60,232 bases of DNA, taken from assembly GCA_964631415.1 (NCBI GenBank), contig CAZVZC010000007.1:1-60232 (forward strand). Reading direction: 5' to 3'. A program made the translations under genes and the position numbers. Source of the DNA: an uncultured archaeon. GTDB lineage: Archaea; Asgardarchaeota; Thorarchaeia; Thorarchaeales; Thorarchaeaceae. Shown here piece by piece: positions 10,124-20,245 of this stretch (the stretch's first letter is position 1; the number at the start of each line of letters is the position of its first letter). A model generated the notes under the pieces. The model was not told where the DNA came from, ran no database searches, and saw only the letters and a list, made by a program, of their open reading frames with translations.

Positions 10124-10271
10124 CATACCTTGGCCAGAGAAGAGAACTGATTCCATACTTGCGCCGTGGTGCAGCGGCCCCGCCTGCTGGCAGAATGCGA
10201 CTCAGCAAAAGCATTAAAATGTGACAAGTCGAACGCCGACAAATCGGCACCTTGGTGGTCTGGTGACAGTC

Positions 10272-12047
10272 ATGCGAACAGATCAGCTGCGTCAGAAATA
10301 CATCGAGTTCTTCAAGCAGAAGAAACATGCAGTCATTGGCTCTGCATCATTGATGCCAGAACATGATCCGACAGTGTTATTCACGACTGCAGGCATGCAT
10401 CCGTTGGTCCCATACTTGCTGGGACAACCACATCCGCAAGGAAAGCGTCTCACAAGCTGTCAGAAATGCATTCGAACCACCGACATAGAGAGCGTCGGTG
10501 ACAGTAGCCACCTCACATTCTTCGAGATGCTGGGCAACTGGAGCCTTGGCGACTACTGGAAGAAAGAGGCCATCACATGGAGCTATGAGTTTCTCACTTC
10601 CAAGAGGTGGCTTGGAATCAATCCAAACACGCTCTCGGTCACCGTGTTTGCTGGTGATTCTGACGCGTCCCGGGACGATGAATCTGCGAGTGTCTGGATG
10701 GACCTCGGAATACCCAAGGAGAGGGTGTTCTATCTTCCGAAAGCAGATAATTGGTGGGGACCCGCAGGCACAACTGGGCCATGTGGCCCTTGCACAGAGA
10801 TGTTCATTGAGGTCAGCAAGATTCCAAAGTGCGGTCCTGAATGCAGACCGGGCTGCTCCTGTGGGCACTATATGGAGGTATGGAATGATGTCTTCATGCA
10901 GTACAACAAGAGAGAGGACGGAGGATATGAGCTGCTCAAGCAGAGAAACGTCGACACCGGCATGGGTCTAGAACGAACGATTGCCATCCTGAGAGGAGCT
11001 CAGAGCTTCTACGAAACCGAGGCGTTTACACCAATCATAGACCGGATAAAGCAGCTCTCGGGAAAGAGGGAGTTCACCGAGGCAGACCAGAAGAGGATCA
11101 GAATCATAGCGGACCATGTGAAATCTGCTGTGATGATTATGTCTGACGACAGACGCATATCTCCGTCCAATGTGGAACACGGCTACATCGTTCGCCGACT
11201 CCTGAGGAAGTCGATACGCTGCGCGGACGAGCTGGGCATGAGCAAGGGGTTCCTGACCGATTTGGCCAATGTGGTGATTGGTCTCTACAAGGACGTGTAT
11301 GAAGAAGTCCAAAGAAATCGCGACTTCGTGATGCAAAACCTTCAGGCGGAAGAAGACAAGTTCAGGGGAACTCTCGGGAAGGCCCTCAGGAAATTCGAAC
11401 AGATGCTTGAAGAGAATGGTACTATCACAGGGAGGGATGCCTTTGTCTTGTTCACAAGCTTCGGTCTGCCTCTAGAAATGACAGCGGAGCTCGCGGCTGA
11501 GAAGAGCATCAAGATTGACATGGACGAATTCAGAAAGGAGTTCGAGCAGCACAGAAACATATCGAGGACTGCAACAGAAGGTAAGTTCAAAGGCGGCCTA
11601 GCGGATCACAGTGAAGAGATCACAAAGCTCCACACGGCCACCCATCTGCTTCAAGCAGCCCTCAGGAAGGTCCTAGGAAACTCAGTGCGTCAGAACGGGA
11701 GCAACATAACGAAAGAACGTCTCCGTTTCGACTTCACCTTCCCGAGGAAACTTACGCCAGAGGAACTGAAACAGGTGGAGGATCTGGTCAATGAGGTCAT
11801 CAAGAAGGATCTGAAGGTGACTCACGAGTTCATGAAACTGGACGAGGCCGTTAAGCAGGGAGCCCTTGCATTCTTCAAGGAAACCTACGGTGATGAGGTT
11901 TCTGTCTACACAGTGGATGGTTTCAGCAAGGAGGTCTGCGGCGGGCCACATGTTGAGCACACGGGTGTCTTGAAGCACTTCAGAATCACAAAGCAGGACA
12001 GCATCGGCGCAGGACTGATGAGGATACGTGCCGTCGTCGAGGACTGA
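10272..12047 (+). CDS. alaS: Alanyl-tRNA synthetase, short form lacking the C-Ala domain
   Basis: DPTVLFTTAGM, HLTFFEMLGNWS, VDTGMGLER, editing HTATH...CGGPH; SD GGTGA before ATG 10272. Confidence 0.95.
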   Translation: MRTDQLRQKYIEFFKQKKHAVIGSASLMPEHDPTVLFTTAGMHPLVPYLLGQPHPQGKRLTSCQKCIRTTDIESVGDSSHLTFFEMLGNWSLGDYWKKEAITWSYEFLTSKRWLGINPNTLSVTVFAGDSDASRDDESASVWMDLGIPKERVFYLPKADNWWGPAGTTGPCGPCTEMFIEVSKIPKCGPECRPGCSCGHYMEVWNDVFMQYNKREDGGYELLKQRNVDTGMGLERTIAILRGAQSFYETEAFTPIIDRIKQLSGKREFTEADQKRIRIIADHVKSAVMIMSDDRRISPSNVEHGYIVRRLLRKSIRCADELGMSKGFLTDLANVVIGLYKDVYEEVQRNRDFVMQNLQAEEDKFRGTLGKALRKFEQMLEENGTITGRDAFVLFTSFGLPLEMTAELAAEKSIKIDMDEFRKEFEQHRNISRTATEGKFKGGLADHSEEITKLHTATHLLQAALRKVLGNSVRQNGSNITKERLRFDFTFPRKLTPEELKQVEDLVNEVIKKDLKVTHEFMKLDEAVKQGALAFFKETYGDEVSVYTVDGFSKEVCGGPHVEHTGVLKHFRITKQDSIGAGLMRIRAVVED

Positions 12048-12076
12048 TAGTTCGGACACACATCTTAGTCAGGAGT

Positions 12077-12865
12077 TCACTTCCCCTGCTTTGACGTAGT
12101 GACTCTGCTGCCTCTTCTCGACGACCCCGCAATTGTCGGTGTCCTGTGTACCAGAACGTATTCTTTGGCCAGCGTTCCAAGACGCTTGGCCTCCGACTCT
12201 GAGAGGTGCACAGGGAGATCTATGGGGTCGGTGTCCTTCCTCGTGGCTTCAATCACTGCGATGTCAACATCATTGACCACTCTCTCTGCGCCTGGACACA
12301 TCCTAGTATCGCCAGTATATCCCACGACGGTATTGCCCACTCGCACTCTGAAACCAAGAGCAGGCATCAGAACCTCCTCGTCGGATGTATTCTCCAAGCC
12401 GTAATGCTCAACCGCGATGGCATCAATCTTGAAGAAGTCTGTGTCGAAGCCAGAACCATCCTCAATCTCGTGAATCTGGATTCTGAATGGGTGACTCCCA
12501 ACGTACGACTGCTTGAAGGCTGCAACTAGGCTTATCGCCTCTGTGCAGCCGGCCGGAACTAGTATGTTCAATGGACTTGAGCGTTTTAGCATCCTCATGA
12601 ATCCAAGTATTGTGTGGAGGCCACCTATGTGGTCGAAGTGACCATGTGTGATAGCGATTGGATCGGTTTCATTGACAAATGCTGTGTTGCCAAATGAGAG
12701 TAGATCCCGGAGAGCCCCATCACCAACGTCCATCAGCATCATCTTGCCTGTGAACTTCGACGTCAGCAAGACAGTTGTGCTCACGCCGGCTGCACTGTAC
12801 GGAACATCAACGCGAACCTCATCATTTTCCCATACGCTCGTGTGTTGTACTGAGGATTTGCGCAT
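12077..12865 (-). CDS. MBL-fold metallo-hydrolase, RNase Z-like
   Basis: DVGDG, THGHFDHIGG, VEH, YTGDT, EAT, VH. Confidence 0.8.
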   Translation of the reverse strand: MRKSSVQHTSVWENDEVRVDVPYSAAGVSTTVLLTSKFTGKMMLMDVGDGALRDLLSFGNTAFVNETDPIAITHGHFDHIGGLHTILGFMRMLKRSSPLNILVPAGCTEAISLVAAFKQSYVGSHPFRIQIHEIEDGSGFDTDFFKIDAIAVEHYGLENTSDEEVLMPALGFRVRVGNTVVGYTGDTRMCPGAERVVNDVDIAVIEATRKDTDPIDLPVHLSESEAKRLGTLAKEYVLVHRTPTIAGSSRRGSRVTTSKQGK

Positions 12866-13069
12866 CTGACACCAAGTCCCATTCTGAATCTAATCTTCAC
12901 ACGCATGCGGACTGGGATGGCAATGACGCCAAAACAGCCAATGCGGCGAGAGACCGAGTTGACGACTGATTTGACACGGGGGCTGTTAAGTCATACCATG
13001 ACTGGTCCGCTAGCGGTCAGGAAACCGCACAGATAGTATTATACATAGTATCCCTCGGCACGAGTATGC

Positions 13070-14431
13070 ATGGACTACGCCGCGGCTGCATCAATTGGTA
13101 TATTCCTTACCACTCTTTTCTTGATGCTCAGGCGGCCCAGACGCATGAACTTGGGTGTCGCGGCGGGAATAGGAGCAGTGCTTTCCCTTCTGGTCGGCAC
13201 TGTCACAATCGCTGACGCTCTCAGTGCGCTAGGTAACATATGGGACGCGGCTCTAGCCTTTCTTGGAATAGTGATGATGTCGGTCACTCTAGATGCCATG
13301 GGCTTCTTCAGGTGGGCTGCTCTCAGAGTCGCAAGACTCGCACATGGAAACGGCATCAGGCTGTTCTTCTTGGTGTCATTTTTCACGGCCTCGGTCAGCA
13401 TACTGTTCGCGAATGACAGTGCTGTGCTCATCCTCACACCCATCGTCATGGAGATGGTCAAGGAGCTGAAGACGAGCAGAGAGGGCAGCTTGGCCTACCT
13501 GTTCGGAGCCGGTCTCATCGCGGACACTGCGGCCATGCCATTGATTACTAGCAACCCAGTCAACATTGTGAGCGCCGACTACTTTGGATACACGTTCATC
13601 CAGCACCTGATGTTCATGGGACTTGTTGGACTAGTCACAGTAGTCCAGAGTGTGCTCGTGGTCTATCTGTTTTTCAGGAAGCGTATTCCTCGGACCTATG
13701 CAGCTGAAACAGTGGAGGACCTGATCAAGACCAGCCCCAAGCCCATGCACCTGAGGACGAGCATTGTCACTCTGATTGCCATAGATGTGGGCTATGTTCT
13801 GACCTCACTCAATAGGATACCAGTTTCGTTCGTCATACTCTCTGGTGCGGTGTTTCTGCTTACGCTCTACGCCCTGACATACAAGGGCAATCATACATCG
13901 ACAGGAGTGGAGAATGGCCCACTGCAGGTGTTGAGGAAGGTCAATTGGGACATCTTGTTCTTCATGATTGCGATATTCCTCGTGGTCCAGGGGCTGAGGC
14001 ATGCGGGTGCAATCGACTTCTTTGCCGCACTCTTTCTTGCTTCGTTGACTCTGCCCGGTGTGCTCTCCGTTCTGGTCCCTAGTCTCATTGTCACGGTGGG
14101 TGCGAGCGCCATGAACAATTGGCCAATGACGATGCTGGGACTCCTGTCCGTCGAGCATGCAATATCTACCGCAGGCTTGGGTGCACAGGCTAGCACGAGC
14201 TTGATATTCGCCAACATAATCGGCAACAACCTAGGACCCCACTTCTTTCCATTAGGGTCACTGGCCATACTCATGTGGCTGGGAACCATGAGAAGGAAGG
14301 GTCTTGAGATATCTCTGAGAGAATACCTCAAGGTTGGATCAGTACTATCATTACTGGAAGTGTTGACTGCGTCGACCATCCTCTGGCTCGAACAGACCTT
14401 CCTGCAGATCACACTGACAATCGTTCCCTGA
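13070..14431 (+). CDS. arsB: ArsB-family arsenite/anion efflux permease
   Basis: LDAMGFFRWAAL, FANDSAVLILTPIV, SNPVNIVSADYF, NNLGP..PLGSLAILMW. Confidence 0.85.
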   Translation: MDYAAAASIGIFLTTLFLMLRRPRRMNLGVAAGIGAVLSLLVGTVTIADALSALGNIWDAALAFLGIVMMSVTLDAMGFFRWAALRVARLAHGNGIRLFFLVSFFTASVSILFANDSAVLILTPIVMEMVKELKTSREGSLAYLFGAGLIADTAAMPLITSNPVNIVSADYFGYTFIQHLMFMGLVGLVTVVQSVLVVYLFFRKRIPRTYAAETVEDLIKTSPKPMHLRTSIVTLIAIDVGYVLTSLNRIPVSFVILSGAVFLLTLYALTYKGNHTSTGVENGPLQVLRKVNWDILFFMIAIFLVVQGLRHAGAIDFFAALFLASLTLPGVLSVLVPSLIVTVGASAMNNWPMTMLGLLSVEHAISTAGLGAQASTSLIFANIIGNNLGPHFFPLGSLAILMWLGTMRRKGLEISLREYLKVGSVLSLLEVLTASTILWLEQTFLQITLTIVP

Positions 14432-14523
14432 TGGAGAACAGGGTAGTTCTCGACACGTGGTCACGTTGTGGGTCTGTGGCAGCACCTTTAGACTGAGAGA
14501 AGGGGCCAAGACGGCCCCCCAGT

Positions 14524-15762
14524 CTAGTCGTAGCCGAGCTTTGGAACACGAGCAAGCCATTTCATGAAGTAGGCCACGAGTACAGAGATCACCAATCCTG
14601 CGCACGTGAACAGCAACACGTCCAGCCAAGAAGGAATGGCTCCCCCGAGGATCTGCATCCAGCTCAAGTATGTGCCGGACAGGGTCATACCGACGAGTGC
14701 CACTTTCATCAGGGGAATCTTGACACTTCGCGTCTGGAAGACACCCATGTCAGTCAACGCTGCGGCTAGTGCCCCACCCTTGTCGGGCTTCAGTCTGAGT
14801 CGTCTTGAGAATATCCCAACAGGCACCTTTGACTTTGGCTTCACAACAATTAGGGCTTTAGGAGCGTACTCCGCGATGTCTTGGGAGAAGTAGGTCACTG
14901 CCGATTGACGATCCAGCTTGCACTTCGGGCAGCTTGTGGTTTCTTTCGTCCACTTCTTGCCACACTTCGGACACCGCTTCCCGTCCCATCCTGCGCGGGC
15001 GGCCTCACTCACTCTCCTCACAAGTTCCTCCTTGCTGATTTTCTCTCCGTCCTTCTTTGGATGCCTTCTGAGGACGACAGCGCGTGGAAATATGCCAACA
15101 TCAGAAGCCTTCTTAGCACCTCTCATCTTCCTTGCTGCCATTATTCCCTGCTGGAACTGGTCGAGTGAAAGCAGCAGACCAAAGACAGATGTGATTGTGA
15201 ACCCTAGAGTTATGAGACCGGCAACCGACAGGAGTGCTGCCGGACCAACGGGTCCAAGCTGAAGCACGAAGTCCTCACTCACTGTGACATTCGTTCCCGG
15301 GGCCGAATCAAGTTCATAGGTAAAAGAGAACAGACCTTCGACTGTTCCAGTGATCAGATTGAGCCCACCATACTCACCCAAGAGCAGAAATGACGTGTTG
15401 ATCAGCACCTGTGGAGACCCTACAGACAAGGGACCCCCAATGTCGAAGGGCTGGTCGACTATCGGTATCCCCAAGTACTTCATCACAAAAAGGCCACTCC
15501 AAAGTGTCAGGGCGGCACTGGCATTGACGGTGAGCTCTATGGTCAGATTGGTCGACAAGTCTACAGGTATCGGATGGCTCGAATTGGAATAGTACGCAGA
15601 TGTCCCATTCAGTTCGAGCAGGAATGCCAAGTTGTCGTCGCCGCTCCAGCCCGGCGGCGGCGCAGCCTGCAACGGCATTATCAATGCGGACCACAACATG
15701 CAAGTGACCAGCAGAAGTGAAATCAGAGGCGGCAGGGTCTTTCTCATTTTCAATATCCCCAA
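14524..15762 (-). CDS. Membrane protein: signal peptide, extracellular beta domain, TM helix, cytoplasmic Zn ribbon, two C-terminal TM helices
   Basis: Hydrophobic N-terminus; CPKC...CPKC; hydrophobic segments. Confidence 0.7.
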   Translation of the reverse strand: MGILKMRKTLPPLISLLLVTCMLWSALIMPLQAAPPPGWSGDDNLAFLLELNGTSAYYSNSSHPIPVDLSTNLTIELTVNASAALTLWSGLFVMKYLGIPIVDQPFDIGGPLSVGSPQVLINTSFLLLGEYGGLNLITGTVEGLFSFTYELDSAPGTNVTVSEDFVLQLGPVGPAALLSVAGLITLGFTITSVFGLLLSLDQFQQGIMAARKMRGAKKASDVGIFPRAVVLRRHPKKDGEKISKEELVRRVSEAARAGWDGKRCPKCGKKWTKETTSCPKCKLDRQSAVTYFSQDIAEYAPKALIVVKPKSKVPVGIFSRRLRLKPDKGGALAAALTDMGVFQTRSVKIPLMKVALVGMTLSGTYLSWMQILGGAIPSWLDVLLFTCAGLVISVLVAYFMKWLARVPKLGYD

Positions 15763-15861
15763 GTGAGATGTAATGTAGTTCTTTCCTCCGAGGTCTCTAT
15801 TAACGCTTCTGTGGTCTACTCTAGGACCAATGCCATCTTCATGTTCTCACAACAATCGGCA

Positions 15862-16233
15862 TCAACGACTGGACCCGAGAGCCTTGTCGATCTCTCTGTC
15901 GAACTCCTCATCATCTTCTGGTTCGAAGACGACGTGGCGCTTCCGTGCAGAGGACTCTGTAGGAGCCCAGTGATTCAACGCCCCAAACACGTAGCCAACA
16001 GAGAAAGAGAGCACTTGCACGAAGACATTGGGCATGGATACAGGCGCAAATGGAGTCAGAAGGAATGTCATCACCAAGCCGCCCAAAACACAGATGACGA
16101 AGCCAAACCCAATCCGCTCTACCCGTGTGAGGCTCTTATGACCCCCGAAACTGTAGCCAGCTAGGAGTCCCACAAAGAGGGCAGGAACGCCATATGCTAT
16201 CAAGAAAAGCTCAGATGTCACCTGGGACAGCAC
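15862..16233 (-). CDS. Small membrane protein with acidic C-terminal tail
   Basis: Three hydrophobic segments then FEPEDDEEFDREID. Confidence 0.7.
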   Translation of the reverse strand: MLSQVTSELFLIAYGVPALFVGLLAGYSFGGHKSLTRVERIGFGFVICVLGGLVMTFLLTPFAPVSMPNVFVQVLSFSVGYVFGALNHWAPTESSARKRHVVFEPEDDEEFDREIDKALGSSR

Positions 16234-16327
16234 AGGACCGCCTGCCGACGCACCGACACGCCAAGAGATAACCCTTTGCGTTTGAGTCCGTCACGTCTGG
16301 CGCCAAGATGATCTCACACGTTGGCTC

Positions 16328-16495
16328 TCAAGCCTTGTAGAGCATCGGGGCACCATGATGCTTTGGAATCGGCTGATGTCCGCACTCAGGACCCATCCAG
16401 CATACAAGCTGGTTACCCTCCAAGTGCATCTCCTTTCCGCAGTGGGTCGGTACGGCCACCTCTTGGCCACATTTCTTGCATACAAGCTTTGCCAT
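16328..16495 (-). CDS. 55-aa Cys/His metal-binding micro-protein (desulforedoxin-like tandem repeat)
   Basis: Hand translation MAKLVCKKCGQEVAVPTHCGKEMHLEGNQLVCWMGPECGHQPIPKHHGAPMLYKA; SD AGGTGA; TATA CTTATATATAG about 45 nt upstream; below the ORF-track size cutoff. Confidence 0.8.
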   Translation of the reverse strand: MAKLVCKKCGQEVAVPTHCGKEMHLEGNQLVCWMGPECGHQPIPKHHGAPMLYKA

Positions 16496-16691
16496 GTCTT
16501 GGTCACCTAGTGTATTGGGACTGCTCCGCAGTCTTAACTATATATAAGTGGTGGTTGAGTACGGTTCTAACTGAATCCCAACTAGGGTGAAGGAAACTCT
16601 CACCTTGAGCCGATCTCATCCATCATACATTCGCTCGCAAGTGGATCCACGCGAGAAAAGCGTTATTTGATGGCACATCGACCTATCCATC

Positions 16692-17567
16692 ATGAGCCAG
16701 CAAGATAGGTGGATCCTCGTCACAGGGGCAAGCACGGGCATCGGGCGAGCCACGGCCGAGTATTTGGCAGGACACGGTTTTTGGGTATATGCGGGCGCGC
16801 GGAAGAAGGAGGATATCGATGCACTTGGCAATATCAAGCAAATCGTGCCCGTGAAACTCGATGTACAGCGTGACGCGGATGTTGAAGCAGTGATTGCCAA
16901 GATTAACGCAGCGGGCACGGGGCTCTATGGTATTGTCAACAACGCGGGTATTGCGCGGGCAGGATCGTTGATGGATGTCCCTATCGAGGACTTGATCGAA
17001 CAATTCGACGTGAACCTGTTTGGCGTGCATCGCGTTACCAAGGCATGTCTACCCCTCCTCGTTGCGAGCAAAGGTCGTGTCGTGATGATGAGCAGCGACT
17101 CGGGATTCTTCGCCACGCCGATTTTTGGGCCGTATTGCTCATCGAAGTTTGCGGTGGAAGGCTATGCTGACACGCTCAGGCGCGAGATGCTTTTGCTCGG
17201 CGTGACCGTCGTCATCATCGAGCCGGCCCGGATTGCTACCCCGATTTGGAATAAAGGCGAGGAATTGATAGCCAAGCCGTTCACCTCGCCGCTCAGTGAC
17301 TTAGCAAGGAAGGTCGGGAAACATGCCATCGACAGCGGCAACAAGAAAGGCATTTCACCGGTCGAGGTAGGCAAGGCCGTTCACCACGCGTTCGTCGTGA
17401 AGCGACCGAAGGTCCGGTATCTCGTTGCCAAGAACAAAATGAAGTACAGGTTGATTCGCATTCTCCCCGCAAGAACTGTCGACTCACTCGTTGTAAAAGA
17501 AATGAAAAAAATGACCGAGGGAAACGCCATCAACGTTGGTCAAACTAATACCTCAGGAACGTTCTAG
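16692..17567 (+). CDS. SDR oxidoreductase (17beta-HSD/retinol dehydrogenase-like)
   Basis: TGASTGIG, NNAG, YCSSK. Confidence 0.92.
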   Translation: MSQQDRWILVTGASTGIGRATAEYLAGHGFWVYAGARKKEDIDALGNIKQIVPVKLDVQRDADVEAVIAKINAAGTGLYGIVNNAGIARAGSLMDVPIEDLIEQFDVNLFGVHRVTKACLPLLVASKGRVVMMSSDSGFFATPIFGPYCSSKFAVEGYADTLRREMLLLGVTVVIIEPARIATPIWNKGEELIAKPFTSPLSDLARKVGKHAIDSGNKKGISPVEVGKAVHHAFVVKRPKVRYLVAKNKMKYRLIRILPARTVDSLVVKEMKKMTEGNAINVGQTNTSGTF

Positions 17568-17694
17568 GACGCCCCTCCACAAACAGTCAATCCAGCGTTC
17601 GACCATTTGTCAACTATGTTTAACCAGAGCGGCCTTATGAACTTAATCTTGTGGCCGCATGAACTTGATGGTGGCTCTTGGGCACCACTTGAGA

Positions 17695-18957
17695 TCAAGA
17701 CGGTTTCAGGTATTTGTCAGCAGGTTCGCTGAAGACCTTCTCAGCTGTCTTGTGTGCACCCGGAGTGTCCAGCTCGACGTCGCGCTTGAGACCTCGGTCC
17801 TCCGAAAGAATCTCTTTGTACACTTCGTTCTGGATGATCAGGCGCTGAACCTCATTGCTGCCCGTCCAAGTGATTCCTAACCGTGAGTCACGGAACAGTC
17901 TCTCGATAGGGTACACGTTTGTGTAGCCAATCCCGCCGAGCATCTGCATCGACTCGTGGATGGCTTGAAAGCCTGCCTCGGTTGCAAACACCTTCGCCTG
18001 AGATACTTCCTTGCGGCACCAAGCACCTGTGTCTGCCTTCTTGGCTGCATGGTACACAAGTCCCCTGGCTGCGTCCAGCTGAGTGGCACAGTCGGCCACC
18101 TTGAAGCTCACACCTTCAAAGCGACTTATCTTCTGGCCGAACGCTTCCCTCTTGTCGGAGTACCTCACTGCGATCTCGAGCGCCGCTCGACCCATTCCTA
18201 TTGCGCCAGCTGCTGAGGTCAGACGTTCAGGGACCATCATTGCATTGAACACGTCATTCCCAGCACTCAGGCCCCCAACGAGATCTGTTTCAGAAACCTC
18301 AATGTTGTTCAGCACTATCCTTGCTGCACCCATTCCGCGGCATCCCATGAGCTCATACTCCTCTTCGACCTTCACTCCTGAATCGCGATTCACCAAAAAA
18401 GCACTCAACGACTTGTGAGGGGGACCGGTGAATTCGGTCTTCGCGTAAATCAGGAAGTAGTCTGCACCAACACCCCCTGCCACGAAGCGCTTTTCCCCGT
18501 TGATCAGGAATCGATCCCCTCGTTTGACAGCCGTTGTGTTGGTTCCGAAGAAGTCAGAACCGCCTCGCGGCTCGGTCAACCCTTCTCCACAGATCTTCTC
18601 GCCACGCAGTGTAGGAAGCAGGTACTCGCGTTTTTGCTCCTCTGTCCCAAACTTGTTAACTCCCTCGCCTATTATGCTTGGTAGCGAGTAGGCGCATCCG
18701 AGGGCGATGCCAAGGACACCAACCTCCTCTATCGCAGCCATCTCGGAAACCCAACCAAGACCTCGACCGCCATACTTCTTGGGAAAACGCAACCCGATCA
18801 GGTTCGCCTGCCCCAAGGCCTTCACGAACTCGTACGGATACTCTTTCTCGCGAGAGTCCATGCCTAGAATCAGTGACCTATCGACCTTGTCACGGACAAA
18901 GGCACGCACCTCATCGCGAATTCTCTTCTCACTATCTGTCAACAGTACTTCGAACAT
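17695..18957 (-). CDS. Acyl-CoA dehydrogenase
   Basis: GLTEPRGGSD, INGEKRF, REAFGQKI, QMLGGIGY, GSNEVQR; start moved to ATG 18957. Confidence 0.93.
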   Translation of the reverse strand: MFEVLLTDSEKRIRDEVRAFVRDKVDRSLILGMDSREKEYPYEFVKALGQANLIGLRFPKKYGGRGLGWVSEMAAIEEVGVLGIALGCAYSLPSIIGEGVNKFGTEEQKREYLLPTLRGEKICGEGLTEPRGGSDFFGTNTTAVKRGDRFLINGEKRFVAGGVGADYFLIYAKTEFTGPPHKSLSAFLVNRDSGVKVEEEYELMGCRGMGAARIVLNNIEVSETDLVGGLSAGNDVFNAMMVPERLTSAAGAIGMGRAALEIAVRYSDKREAFGQKISRFEGVSFKVADCATQLDAARGLVYHAAKKADTGAWCRKEVSQAKVFATEAGFQAIHESMQMLGGIGYTNVYPIERLFRDSRLGITWTGSNEVQRLIIQNEVYKEILSEDRGLKRDVELDTPGAHKTAEKVFSEPADKYLKPS

Positions 18958-19097
18958 GACACTGCCGCCACAGCAATCTGACTGTACACCGTGCAATAAA
19001 GACTCTAGGGTTTCCCAGTGTCGTAGCTCATGGCCAAATGCATAATGTCCAATCATACTGGCAAATCCCAGTTTCATGTCAAGGATATCATCTGCTA

Positions 19098-19442
19098 TCA
19101 GCGGCCATGCAGCAATGAGTCCAGAGTGGCTTCGGAACCATGTTCCCTTTCGACGTGAATCGCATCCGTGGGGCAAACGAGTTCGCATATCAGGCACTCT
19201 ATGCAGTCGGACTCATGCGCCGGGTCCACCGCTTGACGGTTGAACTCATTTTCCCACTCCACAAAGACACTCGTAGGGCACGCAGTCAAGCACTTCATGC
19301 ATCCCACACATGACTTGATGTGAACACCGACTCTTGTCCCATGGATTGTGCCTTTGTCGCTACGCTTCAGTTCCCAGACTGAGTGCCCACTATGGCTGTC
19401 GACAATTATCCATTTCCTTCGAAAGTCCGGGTCGATAGGCAC
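19098..19442 (-). CDS. Zinc-containing (Zfx-type) dicluster ferredoxin
   Basis: PIDPDFR...HSGH...IHGTRVGV N-terminal extension; CVGCMKCLTACP and CIECLICELVCP. Confidence 0.85.
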   Translation of the reverse strand: MPIDPDFRRKWIIVDSHSGHSVWELKRSDKGTIHGTRVGVHIKSCVGCMKCLTACPTSVFVEWENEFNRQAVDPAHESDCIECLICELVCPTDAIHVEREHGSEATLDSLLHGR

Positions 19443-19550
19443 AACATCGACTTCGGAATTCCACCTTTTAGCCCATGCGATGCCGCTTTGCCTAACGAGG
19501 AGCCCTTCAACAGGTTGAAATCTGTCGGACATCAGCAGCAAGTGGTTGTG

Positions 19551-20117
19551 ATGAAGAGAGAGAGAATCCCACCTGGACAGCACAAGACTGATGGTTTCCC
19601 GGTTCTGAACGTTGAACGGCCAATGAAGTTTGATCGCGAGAAGTGGCGCTTCCGGGTCACAGGAGAAGTCGATCGCCCTCTGGAGTTGACTTGGGACCAG
19701 TTCTTGGCTATGCCTTCATTCAAGCTTGTCGCCGACTTCCATTGTGTGACTGGTTGGAGCAGATTGGACAATGAGTGGGAAGGCATCTTGGGGCGAACCA
19801 TATGTGAGGAGGCCAAGATCAGACCCACTGCGAAACATGTCGTCATGATTGCTGACTCAGGGTACACCAGCAACACGCCAATCGAAACCTTTCTGAGAGA
19901 TGATACAATCCTTGCCTACAGGTGGGGAGGTAAGGAACTGGAGCCAAAGCACGGAGGCCCGCTTCGTAGCGTCATAAGCTCCATCTATGCCTACAAGTCC
20001 GTCAAGTGGTTGGTCGGGCTGAAGTTCGTCGAGTCAGACGAACCTGGGTACTGGGAGGTCAGAGGATATCACAATGAGGCGGACCCTTGGCGAGAAGAGC
20101 GCCACTCGTTCAGATAA
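19551..20117 (+). CDS. Molybdopterin-dependent sulfite oxidase-like oxidoreductase (YuiH-like)
   Basis: RIPPGQ, DFHCVTGWS, HGGPLR, YAYKSVKW, GYWEVRGYH. Confidence 0.92.
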   Translation: MKRERIPPGQHKTDGFPVLNVERPMKFDREKWRFRVTGEVDRPLELTWDQFLAMPSFKLVADFHCVTGWSRLDNEWEGILGRTICEEAKIRPTAKHVVMIADSGYTSNTPIETFLRDDTILAYRWGGKELEPKHGGPLRSVISSIYAYKSVKWLVGLKFVESDEPGYWEVRGYHNEADPWREERHSFR

Positions 20118-20245
20118 GTGGTTTCGTCCTATTGCAGGACCCTTTGAAGGCTTGCAGACCGCCATTGATACTAGTTATTAAGGGGTTAGAGTCTAGTTCG
20201 AGTGCCATCATCAGCAGCCATGACGTAACTCCGGGAGGCTCATCC

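Noticed and set aside
12915-12975. Fluoride riboswitch-like GGCAATGACGCC upstream of arsB
   Set aside because: Spacing and pseudoknot elements do not fit the crcB motif
18958-19197. N-terminal extensions of track ORFs (17695-19197; also 41534, 45899, 19383, 20087, 58429)
   Set aside because: They overlap neighbouring genes; family motifs and SDs start downstream
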